A stretch of DNA of 55,501 nt from Candidatus Yanofskybacteria bacterium RIFCSPHIGHO2_02_FULL_43_17 (GTDB lineage Bacteria; Patescibacteriota; Minisyncoccia; 2-02-FULL-40-12; GWA2-44-9). Below, piece after piece: positions 25,777 to 33,611 of the stretch. The translations under genes and the position numbers were made by a program. Position 1 is the stretch's first letter. Every line of letters begins with the position of its first letter. Under the pieces are notes generated by a model. That model did not search any database and had not been told where the DNA came from. It saw nothing but the letters and a program-made list of their open reading frames with translations. The DNA is taken from positions 157,196-212,696 of the forward strand of contig MGJU01000013.1 of NCBI GenBank assembly GCA_001794435.1. The letters are read 5' to 3'.

Positions 25777-25870
25777 CGTCCTATTTAGTAATTATATATT
25801 GCCTGTATAGGGCCGCAAGGCCGTCAATTGTGGATAATTAAGTGTTTGTCCAAGAGCGTAGCAATTGGCT

Positions 25871-25978
25871 ACAAACACTTACCCCGCACCAATCCCGCCC
25901 AATTTCTGAATGGCGGTCATCCATTCGACTACGCTCAGGATGACCCTGAGTATAATCGAACGGGTCAGCGGTAAGATT
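25871..25978. other. 108-nt nested-hairpin element directly 3' of the 1231-aa gene
   Basis: Perfect 14-bp closing stem accccgcaccaatc / gattggtgcggggt; inner hairpins ccgcc-N12-ggcgg and ctcagg-atgac-cctgag. Confidence 0.6.
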
Positions 25979-25995
25979 GGTGCGGGGTCACTACA

Positions 25996-28900
25996 TTACT
26001 TTGCGAGGACTACCCTGCCCCCATAACCCCACACCAATCCATGTTCGGTAAGGGCCGGAGAAATCGTTGAGTTTGAGCCGGAATTGATAGCCCAGCGCTG
26101 ATTTCCTGTGTTATCTACACTAAATAACTTGCCGTTTTGAGTGGAGAAATAGACATTACCGGCGCCGTCTACGGCCAATTGTGCATTGAGGAGACCGTCG
26201 GCCTGGAATGGGGCTGGCCATTTCGCCGCGAGGTCTGATTTATTCAAGGCAAAAACCTGCGAACCGGAAGCGAAACTGGGGCTGTTGAAACCGACATAGA
26301 GCGTGTCTGACGATATGGCAACCATCGTGGCGGCGGAATAGTCCCACGGGGCAATACTGCTGGAATTTAAAATTGAACCGTCGGATGGAATATTGAATAA
26401 TTTGGGACCGGCGGCGGAGTAGGTTATACCTGTTGCCTTATCGTATGAGGGATTGGCGGGAGTGCTACCATTGGCGCCGGCATAGGATACCTGCCAAAGT
26501 TGAGCGCTGTCGGATGAATAAGTAGTGAAAAATTGATTCCCGCTTACTTTTCCGGCCACGATCATTATACCGTCATCCAACACAACTGGCGCAAATCCGC
26601 TCAAACCGGAAGCGCTTATCGGAAAGGGTGTTTTTATTGAACCGTCGGCGTTTAAAACAGCCAGCTTATCGGTGCCGCTTGTGTAAGTAAGGTGCGGTTC
26701 GCCTTTTGATGATACAGTAAACGTCAAAACCGTACTTGTATCGACGTAATCCCACTTGTCAGAACCATCCGAGGCCAGAGCGGTAAATGCCAGCACTCCG
26801 CCCGCGCCAATGCGGCCGAAGTATACGGTTCCGTCGGAAAGAACCGCCGGCGTGCCGATGCTTACATAAGTCTCATATTCCCATTGTTTGACGCCATTTT
26901 TATTCAGTTTAATCAATTTGTGGGACGAGCCGTCCGTAGCGCCGAAATAGATATTGCCGTCAGCGTCAGCCACCGGCTGGCTTACAATGTATCCTGATTC
27001 CAGTTCGTTAAATTCCCAGCTTACGGTTGCCGTCAGGCCTGGACCGACTACATCAGCAAAAGAAGTATGAAACTGGTCCTTGCCGAACATCGCCCAAGCG
27101 CCATGATCTAAAGCGGTCGGAAAACTAACCGTAGCCACATTCGAAATCCCCGAACACTTATCTGCATGACCGACATCGCAAGTCGGACTGTGGATAACTT
27201 TGGTCCTCAAAGCGAGGTAAAGCGTCAATCCGTATTCAGGAACAACATTAAAAGAAATACCTTGTTGCGCCCCCTTTATACCAACGCTCGGCAAACTGGA
27301 ACTGGCAACTTGTATAGCGACAGACCACCAGCTTTCACTTGCGGCATCGCTAAAACTGGTAGACGAGTAGCGCAGATCATAGCTTAAACTTGCCGTATTA
27401 TAATCGCCCGGATCGGGTGCAGTCCAGGTTGCGGTAATAGTGGGGGAACCGTGGGCGGCGATGAGATTGGTAACGACAGACGGTTTTGATGCTACGTCAC
27501 CGACCGTTATCAAGTCTTTTATGTTGTTAAATGTAACCGGGCCGATACCGCTGACATTCTGAATATCCTCTATTTGCGCGAAGGGGCCGTTGGTTGTGCG
27601 ATAATCAATAATTGCTTGCGATTTTACTTCACCAATACCGGGAAGAGACATCAACTCTTCTTTGTTTGCGGTGTTAATATTGATTTTCTCGGTTGATGAT
27701 TCTTCTTCCGGTTCTGGTGACGGCGATGGTGTCACCGACGGAGATGGTATCGGGGTTGGTGTCGAAGACGAACTTCCGCCACCGCTTCCGCTTCCGCCAC
27801 CTCCGCCAGTCGACGTAACAACCTGAATTGCCGTGCTATTACTGGTTTTGGGCGTTCCGTTGATACTATTTCCACTAGCATCTTTGTTTGTTGGCGTCCC
27901 GGAAAAATTTTTCCAATTTGAAGCATTGTTTCCAGCTTTCATCGGATCTATTCTCTCCATCGAATTTTTTGATATTGAGTCGCCGAAATACCAGGCCTCA
28001 CCAGCACCGCCAACTACATCTACAACGGCCCCGGCGCTATCAAATAGTCTTACTATTTCGCCCGTGTTGCTCAAACCTCCCTGACCGAAACTTACAGCCA
28101 AATCAGCTGTTGTGTCGCTTATTGTGTTGTCATCTGTTCTTTCGATGAGAAAGTAGGAATTAGCTTGGATAATCGTCCCTTCTGGAAAAATAATATCCGG
28201 AGAATCATCGGTTGAAACAAGTTGCCAGCTAGATATGTCTACTGGTGTGTTTTCAGTATTATACAGCTCGACCCACTCGTCGGTCGCGGAAGCCGAGGTT
28301 CCCGCCCAAGCAATTTCATTGACCACTACTCTGCCCAATGTCTTGGCTGCGGATAACTTTGGAGTAGGTGACGGAGTTGGTGTTTTTGGTGGTGTCGGTG
28401 TGGGAGATGGTGACAACTTTGGTGACATTGATGGTTTTGGTGATACCAATGGTGACAGAGATGGTGACATTTTGTTGTCACCTTTAGCGTCACCGCTGTC
28501 ACCATTATTTGTCACCACTGGTAAGGGTTTAATGTCGGGTGTCGCTAATTCGTCGTTAGCATCTGATGTCGAACTTGTGCCTAACTCTGCTAATTCATCG
28601 CTGTTATTACCGCCAAACCCAAACAAACTGGCAATCTGTGCCCAAAAGCTTGGCTTTTTTTGCTCTTGTTTCGCTAGATATTCTTTCTTTGCTATCTCTG
28701 CTTCTTCTAAAAATAATTTTAGGGCGCCGGCGCCGCTAATAACAACTTCTTTAGACAACCTCTCCCAGTACCCGTCAAGGATGTAGGAGCCAATTTCTGA
28801 CGAATAAACATAAAAATTAATATTGCCGTCTTTTTCTTCCTGCACAAATGCTATCGGAAAGTCGGCTCCATTTTTATCCTGGTTAGTAACAAATAATCTT

Positions 28901-29691
28901 TCTGTACCATTGACTCTTATTCTTTTTAGATTGTTTATACTTGGTTTTATGTATTCTCTGTTGCTAATGGTGTCTCTGCTAAAGAAATTGTTATTAGAAT
29001 AATTCGCAACTCTATCCAAGTAACTGCCAATATCAGATAACACGACTGGTTTTTCTCTGTTTCTAACCAATCTTGAAACAACTTGAAAATTATCCGGATT
29101 CCATTTAGCCATTTCGTGTTCGTAAGGACTGCCTAAATCAAGAACAGGTGGGTGTGGGTCATTTCTAGTGTGGTCTGGCACTCCGGCGTCTTCCAATAAG
29201 TGCAATACATGGCCGAAAGCGATGAAAGCCCTTTGTTTATCGCCTTTTGCGTAATCCTGAATCGCCCTATCGTATGAGAAATCGTGTATTGAATCAGCGC
29301 CCGATATGGCCGCGTATCCGGTCATTTGGCTGTTATAGAAGTCCTTCTGCGTACCACCAAAAGCCCACTTTTTTGAGGAAAAGGTAGGTACGCCTGCGGT
29401 GAATACCGACTGAAGCCCTCGGTCATAAACCGGGTCATAAAAATGGCTGAAAAACCTGCCCCCGTCGTCCTCATCAATTGAGCCCTTTATAAGCCACTGT
29501 TTCTCCTCTTGAGTTATCGTCTTGTCTGTAAAACTTAAATTATAGAAATTAGCTATCTCGTCAGTCAGCGCCGGATGAGTGGTGTTTTGAGAATAAGCAA
29601 AAATCGGGCTCGCGTTTACGAGTACCAAAAGGACGCTTAATAGCGCCCCTCCTAAAATAAATTTATGGTTTATAAACCTTCTATTTTCCAT
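25996..29691 (-). CDS. Secreted multidomain protein: Zn-PLC/P1-nuclease-like N-domain, lamin-tail domain, ComEA-type HhH DNA-binding domain, beta-propeller repeats
   Basis: 1231-aa ORF; HVLHLLEDAGVPDHTRND (PLC/P1-like); VVVNEIAWAGTSASATDEWVELYN...SNTGEIVRLFD (LTD); ININTANKEELMSLPGIGEVKSQAIIDYR...VSGIGPVTFNNIKDLI (ComEA HhH, about 27505-27692); DGNIYFG / DGTVYFG repeats. Confidence 0.7.
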   Translation of the reverse strand: MENRRFINHKFILGGALLSVLLVLVNASPIFAYSQNTTHPALTDEIANFYNLSFTDKTITQEEKQWLIKGSIDEDDGGRFFSHFYDPVYDRGLQSVFTAGVPTFSSKKWAFGGTQKDFYNSQMTGYAAISGADSIHDFSYDRAIQDYAKGDKQRAFIAFGHVLHLLEDAGVPDHTRNDPHPPVLDLGSPYEHEMAKWNPDNFQVVSRLVRNREKPVVLSDIGSYLDRVANYSNNNFFSRDTISNREYIKPSINNLKRIRVNGTERLFVTNQDKNGADFPIAFVQEEKDGNINFYVYSSEIGSYILDGYWERLSKEVVISGAGALKLFLEEAEIAKKEYLAKQEQKKPSFWAQIASLFGFGGNNSDELAELGTSSTSDANDELATPDIKPLPVVTNNGDSGDAKGDNKMSPSLSPLVSPKPSMSPKLSPSPTPTPPKTPTPSPTPKLSAAKTLGRVVVNEIAWAGTSASATDEWVELYNTENTPVDISSWQLVSTDDSPDIIFPEGTIIQANSYFLIERTDDNTISDTTADLAVSFGQGGLSNTGEIVRLFDSAGAVVDVVGGAGEAWYFGDSISKNSMERIDPMKAGNNASNWKNFSGTPTNKDASGNSINGTPKTSNSTAIQVVTSTGGGGGSGSGGGSSSSTPTPIPSPSVTPSPSPEPEEESSTEKININTANKEELMSLPGIGEVKSQAIIDYRTTNGPFAQIEDIQNVSGIGPVTFNNIKDLITVGDVASKPSVVTNLIAAHGSPTITATWTAPDPGDYNTASLSYDLRYSSTSFSDAASESWWSVAIQVASSSLPSVGIKGAQQGISFNVVPEYGLTLYLALRTKVIHSPTCDVGHADKCSGISNVATVSFPTALDHGAWAMFGKDQFHTSFADVVGPGLTATVSWEFNELESGYIVSQPVADADGNIYFGATDGSSHKLIKLNKNGVKQWEYETYVSIGTPAVLSDGTVYFGRIGAGGVLAFTALASDGSDKWDYVDTSTVLTFTVSSKGEPHLTYTSGTDKLAVLNADGSIKTPFPISASGLSGFAPVVLDDGIMIVAGKVSGNQFFTTYSSDSAQLWQVSYAGANGSTPANPSYDKATGITYSAAGPKLFNIPSDGSILNSSSIAPWDYSAATMVAISSDTLYVGFNSPSFASGSQVFALNKSDLAAKWPAPFQADGLLNAQLAVDGAGNVYFSTQNGKLFSVDNTGNQRWAINSGSNSTISPALTEHGLVWGYGGRVVLAK
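27171..27197. repeat. Degenerate/rearranged REP remnant inside CDS
   Basis: cgacatcgcaagtcg (14/15 to the REP centre) followed by ctgtggataa (10/10 to the REP arm start); translated VIHSPTCDVG. Confidence 0.4.
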
Positions 29692-30191
29692 ACTTCGCTT
29701 GGATACTTTATAAACATTACTTCATTTGTATAGTTTCCTGCGGGAATTGTTAATTTTTGTCCTTCAAATTCTACAATTTTATCTTCTTCAACCACGTTAG
29801 GATAAGTAAACGATGCTGCTGTATCATCGCTTTTTTCAGATTTCTTCCATATTTTTTTGGTATTTTCTAGTTCAAAAATAAATTCTTCCAGACTATCGGA
29901 GCTTTGAAATTTTTCAAATGTTTCCTGCCAATTATCCTGTTTTTCCAATATAAAATACTTACTTGCCAACTCAACATCGCCGTCCTTAAGAGCCTCAATG
30001 AACATATCGTAGGTTTCTTCGGGAGTAGCGCCGCCGTAGGTGTCGGCGTAATAGGGCTTCTCTATTTTGTCGTAAGCACGTTTTAACTGCCAGCTTTTGT
30101 AGCCTGGAAGAAACCAAACAACAGCCAACACAACCAAAATTAAAACCGGCACCCCGGTCCAGCTCTTAAAAATATTTTTCCAATTCAACAT
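29670..30191 (-). CDS. Membrane-anchored hypothetical protein
   Basis: 173-aa ORF; N-terminal TM; 22-nt overlap with the start of the 1231-aa gene. Confidence 0.45.
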   Translation of the reverse strand: MLNWKNIFKSWTGVPVLILVVLAVVWFLPGYKSWQLKRAYDKIEKPYYADTYGGATPEETYDMFIEALKDGDVELASKYFILEKQDNWQETFEKFQSSDSLEEFIFELENTKKIWKKSEKSDDTAASFTYPNVVEEDKIVEFEGQKLTIPAGNYTNEVMFIKYPSEVWKIEGL

Positions 30192-30222
30192 GAAATAAGG
30201 TGGCTAAAGCAAAATCACACAC

Positions 30223-30259
30223 CTGTGGATAATCGACTTCGCAAGTCGATTATCCACAG
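30223..30259. repeat. REP palindrome copy 4, intergenic
   Basis: Identical 37-mer, loop cgc; 39-nt with flanking c/g. Confidence 0.95.
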
Positions 30260-30499
30260 GTTACTATCGCCAACAACACACGAAAAAGGCGAAGCGTTAA
30301 ACTTTTGTAACCTGCCACAATCTATTATACAAAAGTTAGACCAGCAAGTTAAGGAGGGACATGACTTACCGTTCTAACAAGTACAATTAAAATCGCGGCA
30401 GATTATAAAAATTCAAAAAAATAAAAACAGAAGCTAGCGTCTGTATAGATAATTCTTTATCAAATCATCCTTTCCTAGTCAATACTGTAAGCTCACAAC

Positions 30500-30536
30500 C
30501 TGTGGATAATCGACTTGCGAAGTCGATTATCCACAG
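30500..30536. repeat. REP palindrome copy 5, immediately 5' of the RAYT gene
   Basis: Identical arms, loop gcg (opposite orientation to copy 4); ends 13 nt before the ATG at 30550. Confidence 0.95.
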
Positions 30537-30549
30537 GTATACTGCTGGA

Positions 30550-31215
30550 ATGGAAAATGTTTATCACACATTAAATCGTGGAGTAGAGAAACGAGAAATC
30601 TTTATGGATAAACAAGATTATCTTAGATTTATCCACAATCTTTATGAGTTCAATGACGAGGATAGGATTGAGAATTCTATCAAGATTTTTCTAACTGATC
30701 CTAAGCTAGCCGATACTACTACTAGAAAGAGAAGAAAAACCCTCGTTGATATTCTTGCTTTTTGTTTGATGCCCAACCATTATCACCTGATGCTTTCACC
30801 GCAAGTCAAAAACGGAATTCCCAAGTTTATGGCTAAAGTTAATATCGGTTACGCCAAATATTTCAACCAAAAATACGAAAGAGTTGGCGCATTGTTTCAG
30901 GGAAGATACAAACAAGTACCAATCACTGACAATACTCATTTTCTCCATTTGCCGTTCTATATTCACTTTAACCCCCTCGACTTAAAATTTCCGGAATGGA
31001 GAGAAAACAAAATAGCAAGTCCGCAAAAGACGCTCGAGTTTCTCGAGTCCTACAAATGGAGTAGCCACTTAGAATATCTCGGCGTAAAAAATTATGGCTC
31101 GGTTTTAAATAAAAAAGTTTTAAACGAAGTTTTCGATGGAAGCGCCGGTTATAAAAAACTTGTTGAGACATATCTAAAAGACATCCAGGTAGATAGCGAA
31201 GTTTCTCTTGAATAA
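30550..31215 (+). CDS. REP-associated tyrosine transposase (RAYT; IS200/IS605-like HUH Y1 transposase family)
   Basis: 221 aa from the ATG at 30550; HUH motif in LMPNHYHLML, catalytic Tyr context FQGRYKQVPI, N-terminal YHTLNRGVEKREIF; flanked on both sides by REP copies. Confidence 0.8.
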   Translation: MENVYHTLNRGVEKREIFMDKQDYLRFIHNLYEFNDEDRIENSIKIFLTDPKLADTTTRKRRKTLVDILAFCLMPNHYHLMLSPQVKNGIPKFMAKVNIGYAKYFNQKYERVGALFQGRYKQVPITDNTHFLHLPFYIHFNPLDLKFPEWRENKIASPQKTLEFLESYKWSSHLEYLGVKNYGSVLNKKVLNEVFDGSAGYKKLVETYLKDIQVDSEVSLE

Positions 31216-31216
31216 T

Positions 31217-31253
31217 CTGTGGATAATCGACTTGCGAAGTCGATTATCCACAG
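31217..31253. repeat. REP palindrome copy 6, immediately 3' of the RAYT gene
   Basis: Identical arms, loop gcg; starts 2 nt after the RAYT stop; lies between convergent genes so may also terminate both. Confidence 0.95.
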
Positions 31254-31269
31254 GTGGGACTATGCGGAG

Positions 31270-31995
31270 TTATCTAAGGTTTCGGTTTTTGCGGACGAGA
31301 AGATTGGCTTGGTGGAGTGACTCAAATGTACCGGCATCTATCCAGAACTTCTTAGTTTTGATGAAGTCCATTGTGCCTTCATTAATATAGCGGTTGTTCA
31401 CATCAGTTATCTCATACTCACCTCGAGCAGACGGCTTGAGCGATTTGATAACATCAAAGACACGGTTGTCGTACAAATACAATCCGGTTACCGCCCAGCT
31501 GGAAGGTGGCCTTTTTGGTTTTTCGATGATCCGTTCAACCTTATGACCTTTGAACTTGGCTACGCCAAATCTCTTCGGATCCGGAACCCGCTTCAAGACA
31601 ACGGCCGCACCTTGGTCTCTTTTATCAAAACTGGCGAAGGCCTTACTGAACTCATCGCCGAAAATATTGTCTCCCAGGATAAGAGCAATTTTCTGGCCGT
31701 CAGAAAATGATCTGGCGAGGCCGAGGCCGTGGGCAATCCCAACTGGCTCCACCTGAATCGTGTAGTAGAGGTTCACACCAAATTCTTCGCCTGAACCAAG
31801 CAATCTGACATACTGCTCCGTATGTTCAGGGCCACAGACGATAAGTATATCTTTAACCCCGGCCTTTTTCAGGGTTAAGATGGGGTAGTATATTATCGGC
31901 TTATCGCCTACGGGAAGAAAATGCTTACCCGCTACTTTTGTGACCGGCCAGAGACGAGTACCTTTGCCCCCAGCCAAAACAACTCCCTTGATCAT
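31270..31995 (-). CDS. Sugar-phosphate nucleotidyltransferase (glucose-1-phosphate thymidylyl/uridylyltransferase-like)
   Basis: 241-aa ORF; N-terminal LAGGKGTRLWPVT signature of the NTP_transferase family. Confidence 0.8.
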   Translation of the reverse strand: MIKGVVLAGGKGTRLWPVTKVAGKHFLPVGDKPIIYYPILTLKKAGVKDILIVCGPEHTEQYVRLLGSGEEFGVNLYYTIQVEPVGIAHGLGLARSFSDGQKIALILGDNIFGDEFSKAFASFDKRDQGAAVVLKRVPDPKRFGVAKFKGHKVERIIEKPKRPPSSWAVTGLYLYDNRVFDVIKSLKPSARGEYEITDVNNRYINEGTMDFIKTKKFWIDAGTFESLHQANLLVRKNRNLR

Positions 31996-32013
31996 ATTAG
32001 TCTATTACTAGAT

Positions 32014-32089
32014 AATCGCAGTTCATATTTACTTCTCTCGCTCGGAAAAACAGATTTAATCTGCTTTTCCCTCGCTCGCTTGAAAATAG
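32014..32089. repeat. About 75-nt repeat (copy A) forming the 3' end, stop codon and hairpin of 32056-32790
   Basis: About 80% identical to 32810-32881; hairpin aaaaacagat-tta-atctgctttt with the stop codon at the apex; supplies C-terminus YFQASEGKAD. Confidence 0.8.
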
Positions 32090-32790
32090 TACACGGCTAT
32101 GCCGTCGGATCTTTTTTTCAGGAAACCTTCGTCAGTCAGTTCCTTTAAACTTCTTTTGACCGTCCTGCCGGATAATGCATTAAACTCGTTCATAACATCT
32201 TTGGCGCGCACATCGGATGTCTTTTTTATGTAATTGAATATCCGCTCCTTGTTGGAATTTGACTTCAAAGCCAAACGAGGAGTTTTAGTTTTGGTCGATG
32301 GTTTTGATATCACGATACCTGCCGTTACCGGAACATCAGACGAATGTGAAATATCCAATACTCCGGTAGTTTCTGATACCCCTTTGGTAAACCCGGCGTC
32401 TCTGTTTCTTTTTAAAATATGTAGTTTGAATTTTAACAAATTTCTCTGAGCCAAGAGTGGGGGAGTAGTATCATTTTTTGATATGTGCGCTAAATATTCC
32501 AAATAATCAAGAAGATTATCTACGGAATTTAGCAAATTTACTTGCCGATATTGTGCGACATAGTTGGGGTCTCTCCTGGCATCATCTGATTTTATCGGAT
32601 TGTTGGCGTTGCGAGGTTCTGAATTATGCGACAAAACAATTCGATCTGTTCTATGTTCCACAAACGCAGAAACCATATTCGCCATTTTCCCATACAACTT
32701 CTCCCTCAAAAACTTATCCTCTACCCCAGTAAGCAGTTTGGAAAGCAAGACAATGGAATTCGTAAATTTTAATATATCTTGTTTTTCCAT
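32056..32790 (-). CDS. Hypothetical protein with C-terminal winged-helix-like DNA-binding region
   Basis: 244-aa ORF; C-terminal SGRTVKRSLKELTDEGFLKKRSDGIAVYY resembles a wHTH. Confidence 0.4.
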   Translation of the reverse strand: MEKQDILKFTNSIVLLSKLLTGVEDKFLREKLYGKMANMVSAFVEHRTDRIVLSHNSEPRNANNPIKSDDARRDPNYVAQYRQVNLLNSVDNLLDYLEYLAHISKNDTTPPLLAQRNLLKFKLHILKRNRDAGFTKGVSETTGVLDISHSSDVPVTAGIVISKPSTKTKTPRLALKSNSNKERIFNYIKKTSDVRAKDVMNEFNALSGRTVKRSLKELTDEGFLKKRSDGIAVYYFQASEGKAD

Positions 32791-32809
32791 TTTTAGAGTG
32801 ATTCAAAAT

Positions 32810-32881
32810 AACTGCAACTCATATTTTCCTCGCTCGCTCGTAAAAGCAGATTAAATCTGCTTTTCGCTCGCTTGAAAATAG
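32810..32881. repeat. About 75-nt repeat (copy B) forming the 3' end, stop codon and hairpin of 32851-33555
   Basis: Perfect hairpin aaaagcagat-taa-atctgctttt; supplies C-terminus YFQASEKQI. Confidence 0.8.
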
Positions 32882-33555
32882 CTTTTTACGAAATCGTCCA
32901 TTGTTTCTGCTGTTATCAGATGAACTGATCCATTCCTCAAATAAGACATCCCCACGACTATGCCGGAATTACTTATAACTTTCGAACCGCTCAAAAAATA
33001 GTTCGGTTCAGTATCCATAACCGTATCCTTAGAAAGGATATAGCTTATCATTCCTCTTTGAGCAAAAACTGCCGAATTAGACAGTTCAACCATCTTGCCG
33101 GAAACAACCATATCCTGGCCCGGCTGAAACTGATAATTACGGTCAAAACGAGTGACATCCATATCGGCAGAATTGACTTTAAGCAGGGCTAAATTTTTGA
33201 AGCCGTCATATCTCATTACTTTGGCGCGCAGTATCTTGTCTTTGTGGAAAACTTGCAGCACATCGGCGCCTGAGATAACGTCGAAGGTTGTAATAATTAT
33301 ACCGTCAGAAGAAACTACGATCCCGCTTCCTTCCCGAATTATGTTTCCGCCTTTAAATGATTGAACGGCCACGGTACTTAAAATGTGGTCGGATACTATC
33401 TTCTGCCAAAAGTCAGAAGAAACAACGATTGGTATTGGTGTCAGAGCCAAAACCGGTTCTTTTGGAGTATTTCCGGACAAAGACAAAAATAGAAACCAGG
33501 CCGCAGTTCCGCCTAAAAAACCAAGAAGAATTGTTTTTATATGGTTCATTCTCAC
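32851..33555 (-). CDS. Trypsin-like (HtrA/S1C-like) fold protein without PDZ domain, probably catalytically degenerate
   Basis: 234-aa ORF; GSGIVVSSDGIIITTFDVISGA aligns by eye to GSG..dG.i.TN.HVv (His replaced); NLALLKV versus DlAllKv (Asp replaced by Asn). Confidence 0.5.
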   Translation of the reverse strand: MRMNHIKTILLGFLGGTAAWFLFLSLSGNTPKEPVLALTPIPIVVSSDFWQKIVSDHILSTVAVQSFKGGNIIREGSGIVVSSDGIIITTFDVISGADVLQVFHKDKILRAKVMRYDGFKNLALLKVNSADMDVTRFDRNYQFQPGQDMVVSGKMVELSNSAVFAQRGMISYILSKDTVMDTEPNYFLSGSKVISNSGIVVGMSYLRNGSVHLITAETMDDFVKSYFQASEKQI

Positions 33556-33611
33556 AACTCTATATCACTAATAACCTTTTTAACATGTTCGATGGGAATA
33601 GCAAGATATGG

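Noticed and set aside
28370-28540. Dense GGTGAC / GTCACC hexamer repeats with a central hairpin
   Set aside because: They are explained by repeated Ser-Pro / Gly-Asp codons of the SP-rich linker (SPSLSPLVSPKPSMSPKLSPSP...). There is no independent periodicity.
30361-30390. Mini-ORF MTYRSNKYN preceded by AAGGAGG
   Set aside because: The Shine-Dalgarno to ATG spacing is only 3 nt, the ORF is 9 codons long, and there is no supporting context. It cannot be distinguished from chance.
30502-30549. GTG start of the transposase ORF inside the REP (MDNRLAKSIIHRYTAG)
   Set aside because: These residues are simply the translated REP arm. The ATG at 30550 gives the canonical RAYT N-terminus (MENVYHTLNRG).
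30223-31253. A cluster of six DnaA boxes within 1 kb as a replication origin
   Set aside because: All the boxes are parts of REP palindromes. There is no dnaA/dnaN nearby, no obvious AT-rich unwinding element, and gene orientation does not switch here.
31208-31390. 60-aa plus-strand ORF starting at the RAYT stop
   Set aside because: It is a translation of REP copy 6 followed by the antisense of the nucleotidyltransferase gene.
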